This document shows, in pieces, positions 37,548-47,785 of a stretch of DNA of 64,000 nucleotides. The position numbers and the translations under genes are program-made. The number at the start of each line of letters is the position of its first letter. Position 1 is the stretch's first letter. The DNA is from Pseudomonadota bacterium (GTDB lineage Bacteria > Pseudomonadota > Gammaproteobacteria > Pseudomonadales > Pseudohongiellaceae). The notes below the pieces were generated by a model that made no database searches, was not told the origin of the DNA, and saw only the letters and a list, made by a program, of their open reading frames with translations. The DNA is taken from positions 20,907-84,906 of the forward strand of contig JAQCBT010000013.1 of NCBI GenBank assembly GCA_027621405.1, written 5' to 3'.

Positions 37548-38315
37548 CTAATCTGCTTCTTTCGGTGTCCACTTGGCGGGATCGTGGTTTGCCGCCAGTT
37601 CGTCCTCTGACATCCAGCCAGAAATCATGGCGCGGGTGTAGAAGATCTTCTCAGGACGCAGTGCGAAGTAGATGTGGGTAGCTGCCAGGGCGACCAGGGC
37701 CAGGGTAGACAGACCATGCAGCAGGAACACCAGGCCAAGCTGATCTTCCGGCATGCTGTTGGTGCGATCCCAGAATGGGGTATCGATCTGCAGGAACATC
37801 AACAGGCCAGTGACGATCACGGCCAGCACGACTACTGTTACCGCCCAGTGCATACCCTTCTGCTCGAAGTAGTACTTGCCAGGCTTGCGTGAGGAATCGA
37901 AGGGCTCGGAGAAGTCCTTGGGTGTCAGCATCATGGACTTGAAATCCTGCCAGAACAGGGAGCGCACGATATGGGCGACTACCAAGAAGGTCAGGATCAG
38001 GCCGCTAATCCAGTGGATATTCAGCCAGGCGATACGCAAACCGAGAATCGGCGCAGTACCGGTGAAGATGAGCACAAATATGCTGGCTGCCATGAGCCAG
38101 TGAAATGTCCGGTCGATAGACTCGTGGCGGATGATTCGACGACCATCGGCAGTTGGGCGATCAAGATTCTTCTTCGCCATTGCCGCCATCACGATGGCAT
38201 GCGCAGCCAACAGGACAAGGATTGCAACAGCTACTACCCAGAGTAAATCCCAGGACACGCCGAGGATAACTTCCTCACCCCATACATCTCGTTTATAGCG
38301 GACTATTTCTCCCAC
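37548..38315 (-). CDS. membrane b-type cytochrome (Ni/Fe-hydrogenase / FdnI-type cytochrome b family)
   Basis: About 5 TM helices. Conserved His in the helices (RTFHWLMA, NIHWISG, VVAHIV, LLHGLS, ATHIYF). GTG start with GAGGGT upstream. Confidence 0.75.
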   Translation of the reverse strand: MGEIVRYKRDVWGEEVILGVSWDLLWVVAVAILVLLAAHAIVMAAMAKKNLDRPTADGRRIIRHESIDRTFHWLMAASIFVLIFTGTAPILGLRIAWLNIHWISGLILTFLVVAHIVRSLFWQDFKSMMLTPKDFSEPFDSSRKPGKYYFEQKGMHWAVTVVVLAVIVTGLLMFLQIDTPFWDRTNSMPEDQLGLVFLLHGLSTLALVALAATHIYFALRPEKIFYTRAMISGWMSEDELAANHDPAKWTPKEAD

Positions 38316-38358
38316 TCTACTACCCTCTCACTTTTATTTTGATACTTCTGTTTTTAGT

Positions 38359-38449
38359 GGGGACACTAATAGTTAAATAGCTTAAGCGGATTGGATGTCG
38401 CCGTGAATTCAGTGCGAACTTCTTAAGCTATTAAACTATTAGTGTCCCC
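38359..38449. repeat. palindromic element R2 (28-bp arms, 27/28 paired, GGGGACACT termini)
   Basis: GGGGACACTAATAGTTAAATAGCTTAAG (38359-38386) pairs with 38422-38449. Both elements are preceded by TAGT. On the minus strand the 14-mer AGTGTCCCCACTAA is shared with R1. Confidence 0.8.
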
Positions 38450-38452
38450 CTT

Positions 38453-38491
38453 TTTTCTTAACCGCGCACGGCTTTTCTTAACCGCGCACGG
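38453..38491. repeat. 19-bp tandem direct repeat (period 20) spanning the stop codon of the FAD-subunit gene
   Basis: TTTTCTTAACCGCGCACGG occurs at 38453-38471 and again at 38473-38491. Copy 2 contains the real stop (TTA at 38478-38480, minus strand). Copy 1 starts 4 nt after the right arm of R2. Confidence 0.85.
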
Positions 38492-39473
38492 CGCGCTTGA
38501 CCAGGTTCGCCATCAAAGGAATCTTGTAATGGTTGTAGTTAAGCGCTCGTGCACCTTCTACTGCCATGTCCCCGGCTCGTGAAGCCAGATCCTCTGAGCG
38601 TTGCTGTCCGCGGATCGCGTTTTCTACAGCTTCCAGGCGTCGTGGAGTGCATTCCACCGCACCACATGCGATGCGCGCATCGCTAATAGCGCCACCTGAC
38701 ACTTTCATAGCTGCCGCCACACTGACCAGCGCGAAGTCCCAGACATTTCTGTCTGCAACTTTCTCAAAATAGTATTCGGCGTTGGCCCAGCTGGCTGGCA
38801 GACGCACTGCTGTCAGGATTTCACCTTCGTTCAGCGCGGTCATGTGCGTGATGTCGCGGGCCGGGCCAATGAAGTAGTCCTGTGCAGCCATGGTGCGAGT
38901 ACCGCTGGCACTGGCAATAACCATGGTGGCATCCAGGGCAACCAGGGCCGGCGCAGTGTCAGACGGGGACACTGCAACACAGCGGCTGGCGCCAAAGATT
39001 GCGTGCTCCCGGTTCAGGCCTTCTGGAGAATCGGCATAGCAGAGGTTGCCGCCAGCGCGATAGCAGTCCAGGCCGCGGCGGTAATACCAGCAGCGGGCGT
39101 CCTGGTTCAGGTTGCCACCGAGGGTACCGACGTTACGGATCTGCGGGCTGGCAACTACACCAGCGGCCTTGGCCAACAGTCCATAGCGCTCGGTGATGAG
39201 TGGGTGTTTGGAAATCTCGGTAAGTGTTGTTACCGCGCCAATTTCCACGCCATCGGCGGTTTCCCGAATGCCTTTCCAGGCATCGATCTGGGTTAACTCG
39301 ATCATGGCGGAAGGAGTCTTGTTGCGGTCCTTCAACCAGCCGAAGGTGTCCTGGCCACCAGCCAGCAGCCAGCCATCGCTGCCTAATTGGCTCGCCAATG
39401 CTAGGGCGTTGTCTTCATCAGTAGGCTGATAAAGCTCGATATCGGGCATTACGTCATGTGATGTGGCTACCAT
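38478..39473 (-). CDS. FAD-binding (medium) subunit of a xanthine dehydrogenase-family molybdoenzyme
   Basis: The ...LLAGGQDT..., ...VASPQIRNVGTLGGNL... and CO-dehydrogenase-flavoprotein C-terminal pattern is present. ATG 39473 lies 1 nt after the large-subunit stop with GAGGT upstream. The track start 39500 would overlap. Confidence 0.85.
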   Translation of the reverse strand: MVATSHDVMPDIELYQPTDEDNALALASQLGSDGWLLAGGQDTFGWLKDRNKTPSAMIELTQIDAWKGIRETADGVEIGAVTTLTEISKHPLITERYGLLAKAAGVVASPQIRNVGTLGGNLNQDARCWYYRRGLDCYRAGGNLCYADSPEGLNREHAIFGASRCVAVSPSDTAPALVALDATMVIASASGTRTMAAQDYFIGPARDITHMTALNEGEILTAVRLPASWANAEYYFEKVADRNVWDFALVSVAAAMKVSGGAISDARIACGAVECTPRRLEAVENAIRGQQRSEDLASRAGDMAVEGARALNYNHYKIPLMANLVKRAVRG

Positions 39474-39474
39474 A

Positions 39475-41901
39475 TCAACCTCGGAAATTGTTTTGGGCAA
39501 GCGGCTTCGCGTCTTCGGAAGTGCCAGCCAGGTGATTAATGATCATGTCTGCGGTAACCGGTGCAGCGTTGAACAGGTGTCCACCCAGTGCATCGGAAAT
39601 AGCAGCAGTCAATGCCGCGGAGACAGAACCCATTGCTGGCTCACCCACACCGCGTGCACCTACCGGGTTTTCAGGATCGGGTAGATCCACCCAGCCAGTA
39701 TCAATCTTCACTGGCGTGTCGAGATAGGTCGGAACCTTGCTCTGCCAGTAACCAGTTGAAGCCGGTAAGCCGTTTTGCGGGTCATACAGGTGGCGTTCGT
39801 AACCGGACAGTCCAATACCCCAGACTGCACCACCGACCAGCTGGTTCTTCATACCCTGTGGGTGCATGATCGTGCCGGAGTCGGCCACGTTGATCATGTC
39901 GAGAATCTCGTACTTGCCAGTTTCCAGATCCAGCTCGATCTCGCAGCAAGTGACGGTGAATCCTGGAGGATTACCGGCATGGCGAGGATCGTGATAGACA
40001 CCGAGGAAGGCAGTGCCTGCCAGGCGGCTAACAGAAATCTGGGTCCACTCGGCCAGTTCTTCAGGAAGCTCAGCTTCGCCGGTGAACTTGCCACCCAGCT
40101 CCATGGCACGCTGCGCCACTTCCGCGTAGGTGTAGCCAACAGATTCATCAGAGATGCGATAGACCCTTTCGTCTGCCACATCATAGTCTGCCGGGTCGCC
40201 ACCGAGGTCGGTCGCGGCAATCTCTTTCATCTTGTTCAGCATATCCGTCGCTGCACCGAAGCAGGTACGGGTATTGGTGAAGATGGAGTTACTGCCATCC
40301 TGTGGTGAAGTGATCGGCAGGTGGTTGTCGGTACGCTCATTGAGAATATCGCAACGTTCCCAGGGCATCTTCAACACTTCAGCCGCGGCGCGGGAAGTGG
40401 ATGCGTAGGAATAGGTACCCAGGTTACCCACACCGTTGTGAATCTTCAGGCGGCCATCAGTGCCCATGGACACGATACCGTCCATGCCACTACGGCCCGC
40501 GTTGTGATAACCCTGGCCAATGCCAAGGCCGACTACCTTGCTGCCATTGCGCTGACGGCGGCGGGACTGACGGCCTTCCCAACCGAACTGCTCAGTAGCC
40601 AAGCGAAGCGTCTCCGGCATGAAGGCGGAAGTGAATGGGGTTTGTTGTGGGCCAGCGACATCGCCGGTGCGCGGCGTGTTGATCTGGCGGATCTCCAGTC
40701 GGCTGATGCCGAGAGCATCGGCGGCCTTGTCAAGGATCGGTGCCATGATCGGCGCGATCTGGTTCTGGCCGGGACCACGCTGGGCACCACGGTGACCCGT
40801 GTTACTGACGATGGAGGTTCCGCGGAATCGCAGGGCGTCCGGCTGGTACAGCACGTCGATACAGTCGGCTGCGGAAGAAGCGTCACCGCCACCGCCTTTA
40901 CCGCCGTTATCGGAAATGATGTAGATATCGCAGGCTGCCATCACGCCGTCTGGCTTGAAGCCAACCTTGATCCAGCCCTGGAAACCCTGACGGGCACCAC
41001 CGATGGTGAACTCTTCTTCGCGAGTCACACGCATCATGACCGGACGATTGATCTTCTGCGAAAGCTTGGCAGGAATCGCCATGCTGGGGATGGAACCAGC
41101 ACGCGCACGCTGGCCAAAACCACCACCGGTCGCCGCGTTGATGAAGACCAGGTCTTCCTTGGGCACACCAATGATGCCGGCCATGTCGTCGGCCAGGGCT
41201 GTCAGGCTCTGCGAGGTTCCGTGTACGTACAGCTTGCCATCTTCCCAGTAAGCCAGGGCACTACGTGGCTCCATGGAGTGGTGGGGATAACCCGCTGTCG
41301 TGAAAGTTGTTTCGTAGATGAATTCTGATTCGGCGAAGGCCGCGTTCAGGTCACCCAGTTCCCAGGTCTGCTGGGGTTCTGCCGTTGGCTCGTTGCCGGC
41401 GCGGAAGCTCGCTACCTGGTCGGCACTCCACTTCTCCTGGGCAAAACCCTGACGGAAGACAAAGGTGTTGTTGTCGCCGGGATAGCCGTTGGGGCCACCT
41501 TCGGCCAGGCTGTCCAGGGGATCGAGGACGAATGGCAGCCGCTCGAAAGTCACATTGATGCGAGCGATCGCGGTCTCAGCTGTCTTCTCGTCGATAGCAG
41601 CCACCGCCAGGATCGGTTCGCCCACTAATGTAGGTTCGTTAGTTAGGATCTTCAGACCGGTGCTCTGGGGTTCGCCGTCCGGATACACGTCGTCTGCAGT
41701 CAGGATGCCGTATACCCCGTCCATTGCCAGCGCTTCGGAGGCGTCAATATCAAGAACGCGAGCATGGGGGATTGGGCTGGTGAGCAGACGCGCATAGACC
41801 ATGCCATCGCGGGTATAGTCTTCAGCGTATTTAATTCGACCCGTGACCTTGCCAGGAACATCTGGCGGCACGAAGTCTTTTCCAATATGCATATATGCCA
41901 T
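39475..41901 (-). CDS. molybdopterin-binding (large) subunit, xanthine dehydrogenase / aldehyde oxidase family
   Basis: 808 aa. N-terminal GKVTGRIKYAEDY...ARLLTSPIPHARV and ...GGGFGQR..., ...PVGARGVGEPA... motifs of the family. Confidence 0.9.
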   Translation of the reverse strand: MAYMHIGKDFVPPDVPGKVTGRIKYAEDYTRDGMVYARLLTSPIPHARVLDIDASEALAMDGVYGILTADDVYPDGEPQSTGLKILTNEPTLVGEPILAVAAIDEKTAETAIARINVTFERLPFVLDPLDSLAEGGPNGYPGDNNTFVFRQGFAQEKWSADQVASFRAGNEPTAEPQQTWELGDLNAAFAESEFIYETTFTTAGYPHHSMEPRSALAYWEDGKLYVHGTSQSLTALADDMAGIIGVPKEDLVFINAATGGGFGQRARAGSIPSMAIPAKLSQKINRPVMMRVTREEEFTIGGARQGFQGWIKVGFKPDGVMAACDIYIISDNGGKGGGGDASSAADCIDVLYQPDALRFRGTSIVSNTGHRGAQRGPGQNQIAPIMAPILDKAADALGISRLEIRQINTPRTGDVAGPQQTPFTSAFMPETLRLATEQFGWEGRQSRRRQRNGSKVVGLGIGQGYHNAGRSGMDGIVSMGTDGRLKIHNGVGNLGTYSYASTSRAAAEVLKMPWERCDILNERTDNHLPITSPQDGSNSIFTNTRTCFGAATDMLNKMKEIAATDLGGDPADYDVADERVYRISDESVGYTYAEVAQRAMELGGKFTGEAELPEELAEWTQISVSRLAGTAFLGVYHDPRHAGNPPGFTVTCCEIELDLETGKYEILDMINVADSGTIMHPQGMKNQLVGGAVWGIGLSGYERHLYDPQNGLPASTGYWQSKVPTYLDTPVKIDTGWVDLPDPENPVGARGVGEPAMGSVSAALTAAISDALGGHLFNAAPVTADMIINHLAGTSEDAKPLAQNNFRG

Positions 41902-41911
41902 GATGATTTAC

Positions 41912-42496
41912 CTATGCGAGTTCGACAGCGCGCATCACGCCATCGAGGTATGAGTCATAAGAACCGCAGCGGCAGATGTTGCCGGACAGTGCATGTCGCG
42001 CTTCTTCACGAGTTGGGTTCGGGTTTTCCCTGAGCAGGGCAACCGCCGCCATTACCTGTCCCGGTGTGCAGTAGCCACACTGGGGGGAGAGCGCTTCAAC
42101 GAAACCCTGCTGAACAGGGTGCAGGGTGCCATCGGCGGCTTCTAACCCTTCCACTGTTTCGATGCGGCCATTCTTCATGGAATGGGTCAGCACGGAACAG
42201 GCATAGGTGGCAACGTCGTCGACCAGCACGGTGCAGGCACCACACTCGCCGCGGTTGCAGCCCAATTTGGTTCCAGTCAGGCCAAGCTTGTAGCGCAGGG
42301 TGGATGCCAGGGTCTCCTGGGGAGCCACATCGACACTACGCATCTGGCCGTTCACATTGATTCTGATCAGACGCTCAACGGCGCCGGCAGGTCCACTCTG
42401 GCCATTGGCCGCGTACCACATGCCGGTGGTAGTCGCCGCTGCACCAGAGGCAATGACCCCTTTGATGAAGCGTCGTCGGGTTAGTTTGGGATTCAC
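41912..42496 (-). CDS. [2Fe-2S] (small) subunit with twin-arginine signal
   Basis: Tat motif TRRRFIKGVIASGAAA. Plant-type cluster CNRGECGACTV. Second cluster QCGYCTPG...NICRCGSY. Confidence 0.9.
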   Translation of the reverse strand: MNPKLTRRRFIKGVIASGAAATTTGMWYAANGQSGPAGAVERLIRINVNGQMRSVDVAPQETLASTLRYKLGLTGTKLGCNRGECGACTVLVDDVATYACSVLTHSMKNGRIETVEGLEAADGTLHPVQQGFVEALSPQCGYCTPGQVMAAVALLRENPNPTREEARHALSGNICRCGSYDSYLDGVMRAVELA

Positions 42497-42994
42497 GGGT
42501 TGGTCGCCTCCGTAAAAATAGGGACACAGGTTTCTAATATTCAGTAATTCGAAGTCAGGCTAGCTTGTTATTTTTATACGTTTTTTTATCAATCCAATCG
42601 CTCAAATCTAAATGAGAATTATTTGCAATTAGATCAATGCCTTGCAGCACTACTGAGCAAGCTAGGGTAATCCACCCACTGCCAATTTACAAGCAAGCCA
42701 AAATCCCGCACAGCCAGTATTTTTGCTCGTTACGGCGGATTTGACCCTATCTGCTGAAGGGTCTTTTCGGGGCCAGCACAGCCAAGAATTTGCCGCCCTC
42801 AAATGCCTACGCTGCAAGCTCAATCTCGTGCTGGAAAGGTTTGGGAACGAATTTTGGCTTGCCAGGCCTACCACCGGGCAAAGCCTGTGTGTTTTCGACA
42901 ATATATTGTCATAAAATCCAAAATCGGCGCTCCACAATTCATTAGAAAACAGGCACTTAATCAACCGCAGAATATTCGGAAAGCCCCGGAAACC

Positions 42995-43022
42995 TTGACA
43001 TATTATGCATTGATGGTATTTT
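42995..43022 (+). promoter_or_regulatory. candidate sigma-70 promoter of gltBD
   Basis: TTGACA, a 16-nt spacer, then TATTTT preceded by TGg (extended -10). It lies ~195 nt upstream of the gltB ATG. Confidence 0.4.
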
Positions 43023-43216
43023 GTCCGGCCCTCCTGAGAGCACCCCCTCCGGTGTTCGGGGAGGGAGTAGGAAAACACTACGCACCGCCCGGTCGGGCCG
43101 AATTCAGCAGCGTTATGTGACCAGACCCGAGGGGCTTGCTTCGGCGGGATGGAGACTAGCGGGAAAATAAAACCAGAATGCGACTGACTCGGCGATCTAT
43201 CAAGAGACAGCTAATA

Positions 43217-46200
43217 ATGAATGAGCAGCAGTATCCCCTGAAATTTGGCTTTCCGGAGAAGACCGGACTGTACGACCCAGCGAATGAGAAAGACTCCTGT
43301 GGCGTGGGCTTCGTGGCCAATATCAAGGGCGTGCCCAGTCATCAGATCATGCTGGATGCCTACCACCTGAATTCGCGCATGGATCACCGCGGCGGATGCG
43401 GCTTCGAGGCGAACACCGGCGACGGCGCCGGTATCCTCATGGCCCTCCCCCATAGCTTCTTCAAGAAGATCGCCAAAGACGAATTAGGCACTGACCTGCC
43501 CGAGGCGGGCAGTTACGCGGTGGGTAATATCTTCCTGCCACAGATAAAGGAAGAAAGAGACACCTGCTTTGCCGCCATTAATCGCATCGTGGCCGAGGAA
43601 GGCCAAACCCTGATTGGCTGGCGTGACGTTCCAATCGACCCCATTGGCGCAGACGTAGGCCCAGCAGCCTTGATGGCTCAGCCCTTTATCGCCCAATTGT
43701 TCATTGGCGCCGCCGATGGCCTCGAACAGGACGCGTTCGAACGCGCTCTCTATATTATTCGCAAGCGCTTCTCGCATCGCCTGCGCAACGACAAGACCAT
43801 GAAGGAAGCGAAGCAGGTCTATGCCTGCAGCCTCTCGACCAAGGTAATTGTATATAAAGGTATGTTGACCCCGGCGCAGACCTTTCCTTTTTATAAGGAC
43901 CTGACCAACCCGGACTTCGAAACACACCTGGCCATGGTGCACTCCCGGTTTAGCACCAACACCTTCCCTTCCTGGGACAGGGCGCAGCCAAACCGCTTCA
44001 TGAGTCATAACGGCGAGATCAATACACTGCGTGGCAATGTGAACTCCATGGTTGCCCGTCAGGGTAAAGTGGCAACTGACGCTTTCGGAAACAAGCTGGG
44101 TGACATCTTCCCGGTTATTGATTCCGATTGCTCCGACTCTGGCAGCTTCGATGCTGTACTGGAGTTCCTGCTGCTGTCTGGTCGCTCGCTAGCCGAAGCC
44201 ACCATGATGATGATTCCCGAGGCCTGGCAATCCGACACCAACATGGCCCAGGAGAAGAAGGATTTCTACGAGTACCATTCAGCATTGATGGAGCCCTGGG
44301 ATGGCCCGGCTTCTATCGTGTTCTCCGATGGTCATTACATCGGTGCGGTACTGGATCGAAACGGACTCCGTCCCAGCCGTTACTACATCACCCACGACGA
44401 CAAGTGCATCATGGCGTCAGAAGTGGGGGTCGTACACGTGGATCCCGCCAACGTTAAGGTTAAGGGCCGCCTGCAACCGGGCAAGATGTTCCTGATCGAT
44501 TTCGAAGAGGGCCGGCTGATTCCCGATGAGGAAGTGAAACAGCTCATCTGCAACACGCGTCCCTACGGTCAATGGCTGGCGGAACAGAAGGTGACTCTGC
44601 AGCATCTGTCCGGCAACGCATCCGCCATTTCCCTCGACGCAGATGACACATTGCAACGCATGCAGGCTTTCGGCTACACCACCGAGACCATGCAGTTCAT
44701 GCTGATTCCGTTGGTCACCGAAGCCCGTGACCCACTGGGCTCCATGGGCAATGACTCGGCTCTGGCCTGTCTGTCCGACAAACCACGCATGATCTATGAC
44801 TACTTCAAGCAGCTCTTCGCGCAGGTAACCAATCCCCCGATCGATTCGATCCGGGAGGAGGTGGTCATGTCACTGCGCTGTTTCCTGGGCCCGGAAGGCA
44901 ACCTGCTGGATACCACACCGGAGCAGGTACACAGACTGAGCATCGATCACCCTGTGTTGTCCAACCAGGAACTGGCAGACATCAAGCATGCGGACTACCA
45001 GGGTATGAAATCCCAGGTAATCGACATCACCTTCGATGCGAAGGCCGAAAACGGATTCATGGATGCAATCAAGCGCATCTGTAAGGAAGCACAACAGGCT
45101 ATCGAGGACGGTTATTCGTTCATCATCCTGTCTGATCGCAATATTTCGGCCGAGCGCATTCCACTGAGTGCGCTGGTTGCCTGTGGTGCTGTTCATCATC
45201 ACCTGACAAAGCTTCAGCAACGTACCCAGATTGGCATCGTGCTGGAAACCGGCGAGGCGCGGGAAGTGCACCACTTCTGCCTGCTCTCAGGCTATGGTGC
45301 GGACGCCGTTAATCCCTACCTTGCCTTCGAGTCACTGTGGCAGGCGAACAAGGACGGGCTGCTGGGCGACAAATGCCCAACTGAAAACGACCTCGTTTAT
45401 GCATACAAGAAAGGCATTGCCAAGGGTATGCTCAAGGTGATGGCCAAGATGGGCATTTCTACCCTGCAATCTTACAAGGGTGCGCAGATCTTCGAGGCTG
45501 TTGGCCTCGCCGATGAAATCATCAAGACCTGTTTTGTCGGCACCGCGAGCCGTGTGCAGGGTGTGAATTTCAGTGTGTTGATTGAAGAGTCCAAGCGCCG
45601 TCATGCCATCGGTTATCCGGCCAAGGACAGTGACCGCATTCCGGTACTGAATAACCCCGGCGACTTCCACTGGCGTACCGGCGGTGATTCCCATATGTGG
45701 AATCCCAATACTATATTCAACCTGCAGCTCGCTTCCCGCAATAACAGCAAGGAAGCCTATGAGACTTTCGCAAAGTTTGTGAACGAAGATGCAACCCGGC
45801 GTTGCACTCTGCGCGGCCTGCTGGATTTCCGTTTCGATGAGACACAGGCCATCGACATTGATGAAGTGGAACCTACAAGCGAAATCGTCAAGCGCTTCGC
45901 CACTGGCGCCATGAGCTTCGGCTCCATTTCGCAAGAGAGTCATGAGGCCCTGGCCATTGCCATGAACCGCCTGGGTGGTAAATCCAATACCGGTGAAGGC
46001 GGTGAAGACCCTGAGCGATTCAACCCGCTGCCAAATGGCGATTCCAAGCGCTCCGCTATCAAGCAGGTGGCGTCTGGACGCTTCGGTGTAACAGCCTGGT
46101 ACCTCACCAATGCCGATGAGCTACAGATCAAAATCGCGCAGGGAGCGAAGCCCGGAGAAGGCGGAGAATTGCCCGGTGGCAAGGTGGACGAACAGATTGC

Positions 46201-47773
46201 CCGTATTCGTCATTCCACCCCTGGCGTGGGGCTTATCAGTCCACCACCGCATCACGATATCTATTCCATCGAAGATATCGCGCAACTTATTCATGACCTG
46301 AAGAATGCCAATCGCGCCGCTCGCATCAGTGTGAAACTGGTTTCCGAGATCGGTGTGGGCACGATCGCCGCCGGTGTGACCAAGGCCAAGACCGATCACC
46401 TGGTAATCGCTGGGCACGACGGTGGTACTGGTGCATCGCCGCTGACTTCGATCAAGCACGCTGGCCTGCCCTGGGAACTGGGCATCGCCGAGACTCACCA
46501 GACCCTGGTGATGAACAACCTGCGATCCCGCGTGGTATTGCAGACCGATGGACAGCTGAAGACTGGCCGCGATATCACCATCGCTGCGATTCTGGGTGCC
46601 GAGGAATTTGGTTTCTCAACAGCGCCACTTATCACACTTGGCTGCATTATGATGCGCAAGTGTCACCTCAACACCTGCCCGGTTGGTGTCGCCACCCAGG
46701 ATCCGGAGCTGCGCAAGAAGTTCAAGGGCAAGCCCGAGTACGTGGTGAACTACCTGTTCATGGTGGCGGAAGAAATGCGCGGCATCATGGCTCAGCTAGG
46801 TATCCGCACGGTGAATGAACTCATCGGCCGGGTCGACCTGTTGAATACCAACAAGGCTATCAAGCACTGGAAGGCCAGTGGCCTGGATCTCAGCCGTATC
46901 CTCGAACCTGCCAAGGTTATTTTCGAGAATACCGGGTTCTACTGCACCCAGGCACAGGACCATGGTCTGGACAAGGCCCTGGACAACACCCTGATTGAGC
47001 TGGCAAAACCCGCCCTGGAAGAAGGCAAGCGGGTAGACATCGAGCACGAGATCATCAACATCAATCGTGTCGTGGGAACCATGCTGTCCAACGAGGTGTG
47101 CAAGCGCTACGGCGCCGAGATGCTGCCCGAGGACACCATCAACATCAAACTCCATGGCTCTGCCGGCCAGAGTCTGGGCGCATTCATGGCCAAGGGCATT
47201 ACCCTGACCGTGGAAGGCGATGCCAATGACTATCTAGGCAAGGGCCTGTCCGGCGGCAAGATCATCCTCTACCCACCGAAGGAGAGTACCTTCAAGGCGG
47301 AAGAGAACATCATCGCCGGTAACGTCATTCTCTACGGCGCCACATCGGGTGAAGTCTATATTCGGGGTATCGCGGCCGAGCGCTTCTGCGTGCGCAATAG
47401 CGGCGCCAGCGCCGTCGTCGAAGGCATCGGCGATCACGGTTGTGAATACATGACCGGTGGCCGCGTGGTTATCCTGGGCAAAACCGGCCGCAACTTCGGT
47501 GCCGGCATGAGTGGCGGTATCGCCTATGTCTGGGATCCCGATGGTGATTTCCATAAACAGTGCAACATGGAACTGTTCGAACTTGAAGGCGTTGCCGATC
47601 ATGCCGATGTACTTGAGCTTAAAACACTGATCGAAGACCACCTGGGATATACAGAATCACCAGTGGCTAAATCCATCCTGGATAATTGGGATGCTTCACT
47701 GGCCCAGTTCGTCAAGGTCATGCCAACCGATTACAAGCGTGTTCTGGAAGAGCGCGCCAAGACTGCCGCGTAA
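43217..47773 (+). CDS. gltB: glutamate synthase large subunit
   Basis: MNEQQ...EKDSCGVGF (N-terminal Cys of the amidotransferase domain), followed by the FMN/3Fe-4S and GXGXG C-terminal domains. 1518 aa from ATG 43217. The track start 43178 adds 13 codons. Confidence 0.95.
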   Translation: MNEQQYPLKFGFPEKTGLYDPANEKDSCGVGFVANIKGVPSHQIMLDAYHLNSRMDHRGGCGFEANTGDGAGILMALPHSFFKKIAKDELGTDLPEAGSYAVGNIFLPQIKEERDTCFAAINRIVAEEGQTLIGWRDVPIDPIGADVGPAALMAQPFIAQLFIGAADGLEQDAFERALYIIRKRFSHRLRNDKTMKEAKQVYACSLSTKVIVYKGMLTPAQTFPFYKDLTNPDFETHLAMVHSRFSTNTFPSWDRAQPNRFMSHNGEINTLRGNVNSMVARQGKVATDAFGNKLGDIFPVIDSDCSDSGSFDAVLEFLLLSGRSLAEATMMMIPEAWQSDTNMAQEKKDFYEYHSALMEPWDGPASIVFSDGHYIGAVLDRNGLRPSRYYITHDDKCIMASEVGVVHVDPANVKVKGRLQPGKMFLIDFEEGRLIPDEEVKQLICNTRPYGQWLAEQKVTLQHLSGNASAISLDADDTLQRMQAFGYTTETMQFMLIPLVTEARDPLGSMGNDSALACLSDKPRMIYDYFKQLFAQVTNPPIDSIREEVVMSLRCFLGPEGNLLDTTPEQVHRLSIDHPVLSNQELADIKHADYQGMKSQVIDITFDAKAENGFMDAIKRICKEAQQAIEDGYSFIILSDRNISAERIPLSALVACGAVHHHLTKLQQRTQIGIVLETGEAREVHHFCLLSGYGADAVNPYLAFESLWQANKDGLLGDKCPTENDLVYAYKKGIAKGMLKVMAKMGISTLQSYKGAQIFEAVGLADEIIKTCFVGTASRVQGVNFSVLIEESKRRHAIGYPAKDSDRIPVLNNPGDFHWRTGGDSHMWNPNTIFNLQLASRNNSKEAYETFAKFVNEDATRRCTLRGLLDFRFDETQAIDIDEVEPTSEIVKRFATGAMSFGSISQESHEALAIAMNRLGGKSNTGEGGEDPERFNPLPNGDSKRSAIKQVASGRFGVTAWYLTNADELQIKIAQGAKPGEGGELPGGKVDEQIARIRHSTPGVGLISPPPHHDIYSIEDIAQLIHDLKNANRAARISVKLVSEIGVGTIAAGVTKAKTDHLVIAGHDGGTGASPLTSIKHAGLPWELGIAETHQTLVMNNLRSRVVLQTDGQLKTGRDITIAAILGAEEFGFSTAPLITLGCIMMRKCHLNTCPVGVATQDPELRKKFKGKPEYVVNYLFMVAEEMRGIMAQLGIRTVNELIGRVDLLNTNKAIKHWKASGLDLSRILEPAKVIFENTGFYCTQAQDHGLDKALDNTLIELAKPALEEGKRVDIEHEIININRVVGTMLSNEVCKRYGAEMLPEDTINIKLHGSAGQSLGAFMAKGITLTVEGDANDYLGKGLSGGKIILYPPKESTFKAEENIIAGNVILYGATSGEVYIRGIAAERFCVRNSGASAVVEGIGDHGCEYMTGGRVVILGKTGRNFGAGMSGGIAYVWDPDGDFHKQCNMELFELEGVADHADVLELKTLIEDHLGYTESPVAKSILDNWDASLAQFVKVMPTDYKRVLEERAKTAA

Positions 47774-47785
47774 GGGACTGCATCG

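Noticed and set aside
42611-42623. A Fur-like sequence, AATGAGAATTATT, upstream of the FeS-subunit gene.
   Set aside because: It matches only 12/19 of the full consensus, with two core mismatches and almost no flank matches. That is much weaker than the site at 35877.
42662-43120. Track ORFs in the gltB upstream spacer (138 aa on the minus strand, 105 aa on the plus strand).
   Set aside because: They are Cys/Arg/Ser-rich with odd composition, have no ribosome-binding site, and overlap the predicted gltB promoter and leader.
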